In this document: in pieces, positions 27,327 to 35,508 of the stretch
Layout: each line of letters starts with the position of its first letter
Numbering within the stretch: position 1 is the stretch's first letter
NCBI GenBank assembly: GCA_965662235.1
Contig: CBFIGY010000018.1
Span: 1 to 57,073, forward strand
DNA: 57,073 nucleotides
Direction of reading: 5' to 3'
Source: an uncultured bacterium
GTDB taxonomy: Bacteria; SAR324; NAC60-12
Program-made: the position numbers and the translations under genes
Notes under the pieces: generated by a model
What the model saw: the letters and a program-made list of their open reading frames with translations, nothing else
Told to the model about the DNA's origin: nothing
Database searches by the model: none

Positions 27327-27484
27327 GGTTACTCTCCAAAGAGTTGTGTGATGGACCGCCTCCGGAGCCCTTCGCTCCTGGGAAACGGCTGGATCTCCAG
27401 CACGACGGAACCCTCCGCCGGCCAGAATGCTGCCTTTGATTGCTCAAAGGTTCTCATGAGCCACAGGCTCAAACCGTCAAAGCG

Positions 27485-28765
27485 TCAGGTTCCAGACGAT
27501 TCCGGGGCCACACAGAAGCCCTGGCGCCCGTAGACGTTCAGGTCCTCCGGGGAAAACCGCTGGTTCCAGCCCACTTCATAGTGTTCACTGGGAAAGTCAT
27601 CGGGAGACTCTCCGGCTAAAAAACGCTGATAGCACTGCTGCGCATAAGCCACGTTCTTATCGCAAAGGGGGGCTGCTGGAATGTAGATCACGTTGCCCCA
27701 CCCCGTCTGGTCCTGAACCGGCTCCACGCCGTGGATCACATCGCAGTGCCACCAAACCGAATCTCCGGCTTCTAGGCTCGGAATGGTTGCCTTGCCCCGT
27801 AGCAGCAGAGCATGCCAGCGTTCGTCCACGGGAAGCACCCGCCGTGGACTGACCCCACAGAGTTCGTCTTCCGGAACATCCTCCAGCAACGGCCTCAGCA
27901 GCAGGTACGCCATTGCTGCCGGAATCGGAATGGTGAACAGCACCCCCTGGTCGCGCTGAATCTCCGAGAGCGCCGTCCAGCCCTGAAAGGTCCGGAACAC
28001 GGAACACATCGTGCTGCCTCCAGCATACTCGTTCACCTCCGTCCGGTAGGCTGCATCCCATGGGTCATAGTCTTGAAAGCGTCCTGCCCAAAGGTGCCGG
28101 AAGACCCGCTGATACGCCGGCAGCAGCCAGCGTTCCAAAGCGCCAGAATCCGTGTGCGGGCCTAAACCGTTTGAGGTAGTGCCCGGAGGCCGTCGCCGGA
28201 TGCGGTCCGGATACAAGCAGTTGACCTCTGGGTCAAACCAACGCTTTCCTTCAGAGTCGACCTTCCAGAAACCGTTGAGGAACGCTTGCACCTGCGCCAT
28301 GCGCTCATCCTGACGCGCTTCCATCTGGGCCGGCGACCAGTAGATCGGGTAGATCTCCGGACGGGACGCAGAGAGCGTACCGAAGAAATTGTCCCCCGGC
28401 CCCCGATACTGCTGATCGAATCCGTTGCGCTCCACGTAGTCGACCATCTGCTGATCCCACCGCTCAGCACGCTCACGTGGGAAGTGCCCCTTCACGACGA
28501 CGCAGCCACGCCGTCGGATCTGCTCACGCTGGGCCGCCGTCACGCGTCCGGAAGCCACCTCTTCATAAGGCACCACCGGCCAAACCGACTCGCCTCGCGC
28601 TTCTGCCGCTTCAATCTGTGCGACCTCGGCTTCCAGAAAGCGTGAGACTTCATCAAAAACCGCCCGGACGTTTCCCATCCGTTCGCGCAGCTGCCGCTTC
28701 ATCTGCACAATCGCCCCAGGAACGTCTTCCGGGAGCCACTCCACAGGAGGAGGTTGAATTTGCAT
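27485..28765 (-). CDS. DUF1479 (YbiU/Gig2-like) putative oxygenase
   Basis: IYWSPAQ, YPDRIRRRPPG, LGPHTDSG, FRTFQGWTALS, WWHCDVIH (HxD...H triad). Confidence 0.88.
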   Translation of the reverse strand: MQIQPPPVEWLPEDVPGAIVQMKRQLRERMGNVRAVFDEVSRFLEAEVAQIEAAEARGESVWPVVPYEEVASGRVTAAQREQIRRRGCVVVKGHFPRERAERWDQQMVDYVERNGFDQQYRGPGDNFFGTLSASRPEIYPIYWSPAQMEARQDERMAQVQAFLNGFWKVDSEGKRWFDPEVNCLYPDRIRRRPPGTTSNGLGPHTDSGALERWLLPAYQRVFRHLWAGRFQDYDPWDAAYRTEVNEYAGGSTMCSVFRTFQGWTALSEIQRDQGVLFTIPIPAAMAYLLLRPLLEDVPEDELCGVSPRRVLPVDERWHALLLRGKATIPSLEAGDSVWWHCDVIHGVEPVQDQTGWGNVIYIPAAPLCDKNVAYAQQCYQRFLAGESPDDFPSEHYEVGWNQRFSPEDLNVYGRQGFCVAPESSGT

Positions 28766-28776
28766 GTGAACCGCCT

Positions 28777-28797
28777 TTAGTTAAGTTTGTTAACTAA
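28777..28797. promoter_or_regulatory. ROK/XylR-like operator palindrome
   Basis: Perfect inverted repeat TTAGTTAA-gtttg-TTAACTAA, 12 bp upstream of the DUF1479 start. Confidence 0.7.
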
Positions 28798-28886
28798 TTA
28801 AACTGAAGTAGGCTAGATTCAGCATTCTGCAAAGTAAAGCCAAAGGCATGGGCCAACGAGGCTCCGGGCAACCCGGGGCGTGTCAA

Positions 28887-30029
28887 TCAGCGGCCCGCTT
28901 CCCGACCAACGGGCACTTCTTGGAGGACGCTCCGGACGGTCAGGTCGTATGCCTGCTGCGGGTGCAGAAACCGAGAGGCCTTCCGGAAGTCCAAACGAGC
29001 CTGACTCACCCCCTTCAGGGCAGCGGAAAAAGTGGGCCAGGTTTCGTGAGTGACCGTTTCCATCCGTGAACGCCACCGGACGTCGAGCGGGGCAAAGTCC
29101 ACGCCCTCCAAGTAGTCGAAGACCAGCACAATCGCCCAGCCTCCTTCCAAAAAATGCCCTCCGGCGCTGCTCCACTGGGTTCCGTTTGCAACAGAGCGCA
29201 GTCCGGTTTCTGCCCAGTCGAATCCCCCCACCAGCAGGTCCACTCCTGGGGTCAGCCCGTTTTGGCGAGCTGCTGTCAGCACCCCTTGCGCCATCACATC
29301 GCTCGCGCACCAGACTAGGCGGACGTCAGGAAAGCGCTGCTTGAGGATTGAGAAGCTCTGAGCCGCCTGCTCAGCGTTCCAGTTGGCAGGCACAATCTGG
29401 CGCAGCGACACTTCCGGATACTGCTGCAGGGTCCGGACGAGCCCCTGAGTTCGTTCCGTTGAGGCATAGTCGGAAATGATTCCCGCAATGCCGACCACTT
29501 CCAGCGCCGTTCCGGAGTCGTGAAACTGCTGGAACCCTTGCTGAATGAGACTCTCCGCGACTGCGGCGCCTGCTTCTGCTTCATCCGGGAGCAGCTCTCC
29601 AATCCAATACTGAAAGCCCTCACGCGGATTCCCCACCTGCTCTGCAGCGGTAAACCCGGAGTTGACGATGAAGGCTGGGACCTCGTGGGCTTCAGCGGCT
29701 TCGAGAAACGCGCGACCTCCCATTTTGAAATTCGGAAAGATCAGGGCGTCGTACGCTTCAGACGCAGCGGCAGCTTCAATCTGGTTCCGCATCTTGGGCA
29801 GGCTCCCTTCCGCATAGTGCGGGAAGACCTTCACGTTAAGATCCGCACCCGCCTGCAGGGCGAAGCGAACAAACTGCCCCCAAAATGGGTCGTCCTGCTG
29901 CCGTGGGGTGAAGAGGGCCACTCGCCATGGCGCAGCCACTGCCACCGCACTCCAGCCCATCAAGAGCAGGAGCAGCAGCGACGTTTGCCTCAAAAGGAAA
30001 CCGTGTTTTGAGAAAGCCGGCAAGAACAA
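28887..30029 (-). CDS. Periplasmic sugar-binding-fold protein (class I PBP), no adjacent permease
   Basis: DPFW, ERTQG, ANWN, WCASDVMAQG, GGFDW, GGHF. Confidence 0.85.
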   Translation of the reverse strand: MFLPAFSKHGFLLRQTSLLLLLLMGWSAVAVAAPWRVALFTPRQQDDPFWGQFVRFALQAGADLNVKVFPHYAEGSLPKMRNQIEAAAASEAYDALIFPNFKMGGRAFLEAAEAHEVPAFIVNSGFTAAEQVGNPREGFQYWIGELLPDEAEAGAAVAESLIQQGFQQFHDSGTALEVVGIAGIISDYASTERTQGLVRTLQQYPEVSLRQIVPANWNAEQAAQSFSILKQRFPDVRLVWCASDVMAQGVLTAARQNGLTPGVDLLVGGFDWAETGLRSVANGTQWSSAGGHFLEGGWAIVLVFDYLEGVDFAPLDVRWRSRMETVTHETWPTFSAALKGVSQARLDFRKASRFLHPQQAYDLTVRSVLQEVPVGREAGR

Positions 30030-30147
30030 TTTCTGGAAAAATCGGAAAAATTCTCAGGAAAATCTTTAAAAATCAGAAATTTATTAAAAATCACCCTGAC
30101 GAAGAATCGTTGCAATTCTGCCCAATTTTGGGAACACTTGGAGGCGC

Positions 30148-30741
30148 TTACGTAGATGACCGCAGGAGCAGACGCTGAAATTCCTGCAGATTCCGGAGGA
30201 GGTCTTCCACCACCGAGGAGGAGCCTTTGCTCAGAACAAAGCGCGCCGTGCGGGTGACATCACGCCAGCGGGGCTGCTTGGGGAGAGTCGGAACACTGAG
30301 GTACCGATCGAGGGTCCGGACCCGCAGGTAGCCCTTGTCCTGGTGCAGTTTCCAGATGCCGCTTTCTTCAGCGAGCTCCAGCTTGGTGGTGCCGGTGGCT
30401 TCTTCCCAGTGCCGGAGGGCGAGGTTCATCAATCGGACGAGGTGCTCCCGGAGCTGCTGGCCAGCGTCTCGCTGGTGCGCCTGCTGAGAGGCTTCTTCTA
30501 GGGACCCGTGCAGCACGTCCAGCTGGCGCTTGGTAAACTGCAGCTCCTCCACTAGGTCCTGCAACCCCCGGGAAACCGGTTGCCCTGCAGGAACGGTGAT
30601 CTGCTCCGCCTGGCGATGAAGGAAGCGGAGCTCTTCCAGCACATCCGCCAAGGCCGATTCCATGACCTGGACCTTGCGCTGGCTGATGTCAAGTTCACGT
30701 CGGAGTTCTTCATGAGGGAAGTAAAACTTCGCGGCAGTCAT
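30148..30741 (-). CDS. Coiled-coil plus ChiS-family DNA-binding domain protein
   Basis: GGAGG RBS; C-terminus LMNLALRHWEEATGTTKLELAEESGIW...RTLDRYL...LPKQPRWR resembles the Vibrio ChiS C-terminal DBD as I recall it. Confidence 0.72.
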   Translation of the reverse strand: MTAAKFYFPHEELRRELDISQRKVQVMESALADVLEELRFLHRQAEQITVPAGQPVSRGLQDLVEELQFTKRQLDVLHGSLEEASQQAHQRDAGQQLREHLVRLMNLALRHWEEATGTTKLELAEESGIWKLHQDKGYLRVRTLDRYLSVPTLPKQPRWRDVTRTARFVLSKGSSSVVEDLLRNLQEFQRLLLRSST

Positions 30742-30857
30742 AATTTTCCTCCAGGTTCTGTCTGGTCCAGGGCCCTTCCCGTGACCGATGCTGATAAATT
30801 GCCCAAAAGGATAAGGCATCCCGAACCGAGATGCGACGTCAAAATGCTTGAGTTCCT

Positions 30858-32339
30858 ATGAATTTTCCGCTTCCCATCGCCGCCCCTAAGGTCCTGCGAC
30901 GTGACTCAATCGGCAGTCGATTGATCTTTCACATCCTCCTAGCCAGTTCGCTGTTTACCCTGCTGAGCACCGGCTATCAGCTGCAAACGGACTACCGTCG
31001 GGATGTCAACCTGATTGAAGACCGCATGGAGCAGATCCGGACCAGTTACCTTCAGGGCATCATCAACAGCCTCTGGATGACGGACCTGCGACAGACGCAG
31101 GTGCTGCTGGAAGGGGTGGTCCGGTTACCAGACATGCGCTTTGCGGAAATCCGCTCTCCGGAGGGTGTGCAGATGGAGGAAGGCGCCTTGCCTGATTCCT
31201 CTGAGGTGGAACACCGTTACCCGCTCCGCTACACCCACAACGGTGAATCCTACGATCTAGGCGAGCTCCGGCTGGTCGCGTCTCTAGCAGAGGCAGAGCA
31301 GCGTCTCTGGGACCGCGTCCTGCTGATCCTGGCCACACAGGCGGTCAAAACCTTCCTCATCTCCGGATTCATCCTCATCCTTGTGCAGCGCCTTCTCACC
31401 CGGCACCTCGGCACCATGGCCGACTTTGCCCATGCCACCACTCCGGAGACGCTGGCTGCACCGCTGCAGCTGCAGCGACTGAAGCGTCACGACGAACTGG
31501 AGGAGGTCGTGTTTGCCTTCAACCGCATGCGTCAGACCCTGAGGCAGTACACGGAACAGCTCCGAGACGAGCTCAAACGCCGGGCGGAAGCCGAGGCCGA
31601 GCTGGTACGCTACAAGCAGCAGCTGGAAGAACAGGTGCTCAGCCGTACGGAGGAACTGCGTCAGGCCAACGAGCAGCTGCTTCAGGAGGTGGAGGAACGC
31701 ATTGATGCTGGAAACCAGCTGCAGCACTCCCTCAAGGAAAAGGAGATCCTGCTCCAGGAGGTCCACCACCGGGTGAAGAACAACATGCAGATCATCTCCA
31801 GCATGCTTCGGCTCCAGTTCCGGAGCATCCGGGACGAGCGACTGGAGGAGCTGACACGAGAGCTTCAGCAGCGCATCCACACCATGTCACTGATCCATGA
31901 GAAGCTCTACCGCGCGCCGGAGCTGACCCAGATCGACTTCCCGGAGTTTGTTGAGGAGCTTTCACAGGAGCTGCTGGCGTCCTACAGCACCCACGAAGCG
32001 ACCAAGCTGGTTCTCCGGGTTGCCCCAGTCCGGATCCGTCTCGATCACGTCATTCCCTGCGGGCTCATTCTCAACGAGCTCCTGACCAACGCCATTAAGC
32101 ACGCCCGGACCGGTGAGCAGACTCACATTGAAGTCGAGCTTCGCCCTGGCGCCTCCCAGCAGATCCGGCTCGCCGTCCGAGACGACGGTCCCGGATTTCC
32201 GGAACTGGCCAACTGGGGACAGTCCCAAACCACCGGGCTTCGCCTCATCCACCTGCTCTCCCGGCAGATTGGTCAGGCCTACCACGCCTACAATGACGGC
32301 GGCGCGTGCTTTGAACTCGAGTTCCCGGAGGACGCATGA
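30858..32339 (+). CDS. Sensor histidine kinase (CHASE5-like, HAMP, HisKA_2 type)
   Basis: 2 TM, DELEEV..FNRM HAMP, EVHHRVKNNMQ, NELLTNAIKH, DDGPG. Confidence 0.9.
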   Translation: MNFPLPIAAPKVLRRDSIGSRLIFHILLASSLFTLLSTGYQLQTDYRRDVNLIEDRMEQIRTSYLQGIINSLWMTDLRQTQVLLEGVVRLPDMRFAEIRSPEGVQMEEGALPDSSEVEHRYPLRYTHNGESYDLGELRLVASLAEAEQRLWDRVLLILATQAVKTFLISGFILILVQRLLTRHLGTMADFAHATTPETLAAPLQLQRLKRHDELEEVVFAFNRMRQTLRQYTEQLRDELKRRAEAEAELVRYKQQLEEQVLSRTEELRQANEQLLQEVEERIDAGNQLQHSLKEKEILLQEVHHRVKNNMQIISSMLRLQFRSIRDERLEELTRELQQRIHTMSLIHEKLYRAPELTQIDFPEFVEELSQELLASYSTHEATKLVLRVAPVRIRLDHVIPCGLILNELLTNAIKHARTGEQTHIEVELRPGASQQIRLAVRDDGPGFPELANWGQSQTTGLRLIHLLSRQIGQAYHAYNDGGACFELEFPEDA

Positions 32340-33322
32340 ACCGTGGACGGCTCCTCGTGATTGAGGATGAAGCCATTGTGGCCGACGACATGGTCTACTG
32401 CTTGGAAGAGGCCGGGTATTCGGCCGTGATTGCGTCTTCTGGCGAAGAAGCCCTAGCGCTGCTGCAGGAACAGTCCGTGGACCTGGCCCTTGTTGACGTG
32501 ATGCTGTCAGGCGAGATGGATGGCATTGAAACCGCCCAGCAGCTTCGGCAGCAGCACGGTCTACCAATGATCTATGTGACGTCGTTCACCAACCAGTCGA
32601 TGCTCGAGCGGGCCAAGCTCACACACCCCTCCGGCTACATCGTCAAGCCCTTCAAGCGTCGGGAGCTGCTGGCAACCATTGAAATGGCTCTGCATCAAAG
32701 CAGCCTCTTCTCCGGAAACGCCAGTGGCCTTTCCTTCCACCATGGACACCTGCTGGCGCGGACCTGGCTGAAGTGGGAGCAGAGCACGCTCTCTCCTGAG
32801 CTCCGGATGCGGTTTCAGCAGCAGCTCGCGGTGCTCACTCCCGGGGTTCCCAATGAGGAATCGGTGCTGGATCAGGTGCTGCCGCTGATTGAGACGCTCT
32901 GGGAGGGAAGCGTCCCGGACGTCCCGCTGCAGATTCAGCGCGAGGTCGAGGCCCGGTCCGTTGGCTGCGATGCCTTGATGCTGCTGGAGCTGCTGCTGTG
33001 GGGACTGCAAACCTGCGCGGTGGCCCTGCCGCCCGGAGCACCGTTGCTGCTGGAAGTCGGAGCGCTTCGGGCCACCGACACCAATGCTCCGTTCCTGAAC
33101 CTGCGTCCAGGCGTGCACTCGCGCTTCCGGATTCAGCTGCCTCACCCCTCTGCCGCGCTCGATGCGTTGCTGGAGTCGGCTTCAGAGGATGCGCTGCTTC
33201 AGCACTTTCGGATTGTCGCACATCAGCTGAAAGGGGAATTGATGCTGCTTCGGCAGCAGGAGGGGGTGTCCGGAATCGCCATGGCACTGCCGCTGGGCAA
33301 TCCCGGACAGGGAGGGAGTTGA
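32336..33322 (+). CDS. Response regulator receiver with degenerate C-terminal domain
   Basis: IEDE, LVDVML, MDGIETA, YIVKPF; ATGA overlap with the kinase. Confidence 0.85.
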   Translation: MNRGRLLVIEDEAIVADDMVYCLEEAGYSAVIASSGEEALALLQEQSVDLALVDVMLSGEMDGIETAQQLRQQHGLPMIYVTSFTNQSMLERAKLTHPSGYIVKPFKRRELLATIEMALHQSSLFSGNASGLSFHHGHLLARTWLKWEQSTLSPELRMRFQQQLAVLTPGVPNEESVLDQVLPLIETLWEGSVPDVPLQIQREVEARSVGCDALMLLELLLWGLQTCAVALPPGAPLLLEVGALRATDTNAPFLNLRPGVHSRFRIQLPHPSAALDALLESASEDALLQHFRIVAHQLKGELMLLRQQEGVSGIAMALPLGNPGQGGS

Positions 33323-33323
33323 C

Positions 33324-34355
33324 TCAGTCGAGCTCTGCAGACTGCGCCCACAGGTTAATGGCCTCTTCGTCGGCATACTGGTCGATTTCTGCCAGCTCTT
33401 CCGGCGTAAAGTCGAGGTTCTGAATGGCTGCAGCACAGTCCAGCACCTGCTGCGGACGCGAGGCACCAATCAAGGCGCTAGTGATGCCTCCGTCTCGAAG
33501 CACCCATGCAATGGCCATCTGCGCCAGAGTCTGTCCACGTCGCTGAGCAATTTCGTTGAGCTTGGCAATGTTCCCCAGCGCCCGCTCAGAGAGGAATCCC
33601 GGATCCAGCGACTTGTCCTGAGCCGCCCGACTGTCCTGTGGTACACCGCCCAAGTACTTGTTCGTCAGCATCCCCTGCGCCAGCGGTGAAAAAGCAATCG
33701 ATCCCACGCCCAACTCCTCCAGGGTTTCCTTCAGGCCATCGCGTTCCAACCAGCGGTTGATCATGCTGTACGACGGTTGATGGATCAGGCACGGGGTGCC
33801 CAGTTCCTTCAAAATCGCCACGGCTTCCCGAGTCCGTTGGGAGTTGTAGGATGAAATTCCCACATACAGGGCCCGTCCGGAACGGACGATGTAATCCAGC
33901 GCGCCCATCGTTTCCTCCAGCGGCGTGTCTGGATCGAAACGGTGCGAGTAGAAGATGTCCACATAGTCGAGCCCCATGCGCTTGAGGGACTGGTCACATG
34001 AGGCAACGAGGTACTTGCGACTGCCCCATTCGCCATAAGGCCCCGGCCACATCAGGTACCCGGCCTTGGAAGAGATGATCAATTCGTCCCGATAGCCCTG
34101 AAAATCGGTTTTGAGGATCTCCCCAAACGCCTCTTCGGCGCTTCCCGGAGGAGGTCCGTAGTTGTTGGCCAGGTCAAAGTGGTTGATCCCTTGGTCGAAA
34201 GCCACCTGACACATGGCCCGCTTGGTCTCATGCGGGGTGTCTTCTCCAAAGTTGTGCCACAGGCCCAAGGAGACCAGGGGCAGTTGGAGGCCCGACCGGC
34301 CGCAGCGGCGGTAGACCATCTGTTCATAGCGATTTTCAGCGGGCGTGTAGCTCAT
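33324..34355 (-). CDS. Aldo/keto reductase, L-glyceraldehyde-3-phosphate reductase (Gpr/YghZ/MgrA-like)
   Basis: SLGLWHNFG, HFDLANNYGPP, SKAGYLMWPGPYG, IHQPSYS. Confidence 0.92.
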   Translation of the reverse strand: MSYTPAENRYEQMVYRRCGRSGLQLPLVSLGLWHNFGEDTPHETKRAMCQVAFDQGINHFDLANNYGPPPGSAEEAFGEILKTDFQGYRDELIISSKAGYLMWPGPYGEWGSRKYLVASCDQSLKRMGLDYVDIFYSHRFDPDTPLEETMGALDYIVRSGRALYVGISSYNSQRTREAVAILKELGTPCLIHQPSYSMINRWLERDGLKETLEELGVGSIAFSPLAQGMLTNKYLGGVPQDSRAAQDKSLDPGFLSERALGNIAKLNEIAQRRGQTLAQMAIAWVLRDGGITSALIGASRPQQVLDCAAAIQNLDFTPEELAEIDQYADEEAINLWAQSAELD

Positions 34356-34407
34356 GTACTTCCTCAAGGTTGAAGGTCAAAGGGGCATGATCATGAAAAT
34401 AGAGGGC

Positions 34408-34923
34408 CTAGAGGCTGCGCCACCAGAGGCCGATCAGGGGCACGTATCCAACGGCCCGGGACTCAATCCGTCCGGCTTCATCGAGCGCGTACACCGTCGG
34501 GAAGGCCTGAACCCGGTAGCTCGCCCAGGTATCTCGGGTTCCCAGCAACACCGGGACCTCCAACTCGTGCTTCTGGACGTACTGCAGCAGCTCGTCCGGA
34601 CCCTGGTAGTCCAGCGCCACTGCGTAAATGGCCAGCGTCTCCTCTGAGCGAAGGGTCCGGAGCCAGTCCAAGTTGTCAATGTTGACCGCACACACCGAAC
34701 ACCACGGCGCAAAAAAGTAGAGCAGCACCCGCTTCCCACGGTGTGCTTCCAGAGGAGGCACCGGACCCGTCAGCGAGTCTGCGGGCAATGGTGCGGCCAG
34801 GGTTTGTGTGGGAACCAGGTCTCGGGTTTGCCACCAAGTGACTCCCAGCCACATGGCCGCCATGAGAACCAGGTTGCGGAGGAGACGGCGGTCACTCAGA
34901 ACGGCTTTCCATTTCAGCTTCAT
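34408..34923 (-). CDS. TlpA-like redoxin
   Basis: N-terminal TM, FFAPWCSVC, AFPT. Confidence 0.85.
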   Translation of the reverse strand: MKLKWKAVLSDRRLLRNLVLMAAMWLGVTWWQTRDLVPTQTLAAPLPADSLTGPVPPLEAHRGKRVLLYFFAPWCSVCAVNIDNLDWLRTLRSEETLAIYAVALDYQGPDELLQYVQKHELEVPVLLGTRDTWASYRVQAFPTVYALDEAGRIESRAVGYVPLIGLWWRSL

Positions 34924-34965
34924 GGGATTTCTGAGGGACCGCTTGTCGGGGAACGGAAGGGAGGA

Positions 34966-35508
34966 TCAGCCTTCTTGGGAGAGCTTTGCGACCTGCTGAT
35001 CGAGCCAGGCTCGCGTCACACCGCCCACCTGCTTGGTGCGGATGACCCCTTCCGCGTCAATGATGAAGGTTTCGGGAACACCATAAATGCCATAGTCCAG
35101 AGCAATTTTTCCCGCAGCATCATCCAGCCCCAGCAAGTAGGTCTTGCCGAAACGTTGGGCAAAGGCCTGGGCCTGATCAACGGTGTCCTGAATGGCAACC
35201 CCGACCACAACCGCGTCGCCCTTTGCCGAATGCTCCTGATGGAAGGCCTCCAGCTCAGCGGCCTCAGAACGGCACTCCACACACCACGAGGCCCAGAAGT
35301 TCAGGACCAGGGGTTTGCCCCGGAAGTCTTCCAGAGAAACCGTCTGAGTGCCGTTGAGCAGCTGCAGCTCAAACGAGCGAGCCGGTTTCCCAATCAACGG
35401 AGACGGCACCAGCTTGGGGTCGGTAGTGAACCCAAAGGCGAAGAGGCCAATGAGGCCTCCGATCAGGCCCCAAGCCGCCCAGAACTTCCAGGACGTCCAG
35501 AGGCTCAT
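34966..35508 (-). CDS. ccmG: CcmG/DsbE-like thiol:disulfide oxidoreductase
   Basis: PSPLIGKPA, NFWASWCVEC, YGVPETF; coupled to ccmF. Confidence 0.82.
   Translation of the reverse strand: MSLWTSWKFWAAWGLIGGLIGLFAFGFTTDPKLVPSPLIGKPARSFELQLLNGTQTVSLEDFRGKPLVLNFWASWCVECRSEAAELEAFHQEHSAKGDAVVVGVAIQDTVDQAQAFAQRFGKTYLLGLDDAAGKIALDYGIYGVPETFIIDAEGVIRTKQVGGVTRAWLDQQVAKLSQEG

Noticed and set aside
26145..27533. 462 aa + strand ORF and other long antisense ORFs (e.g. 52059-53228, 17299-18360, 18379-19416)
   Set aside because: Shadow frames of well-supported genes in GC-rich, codon-biased DNA; no motifs
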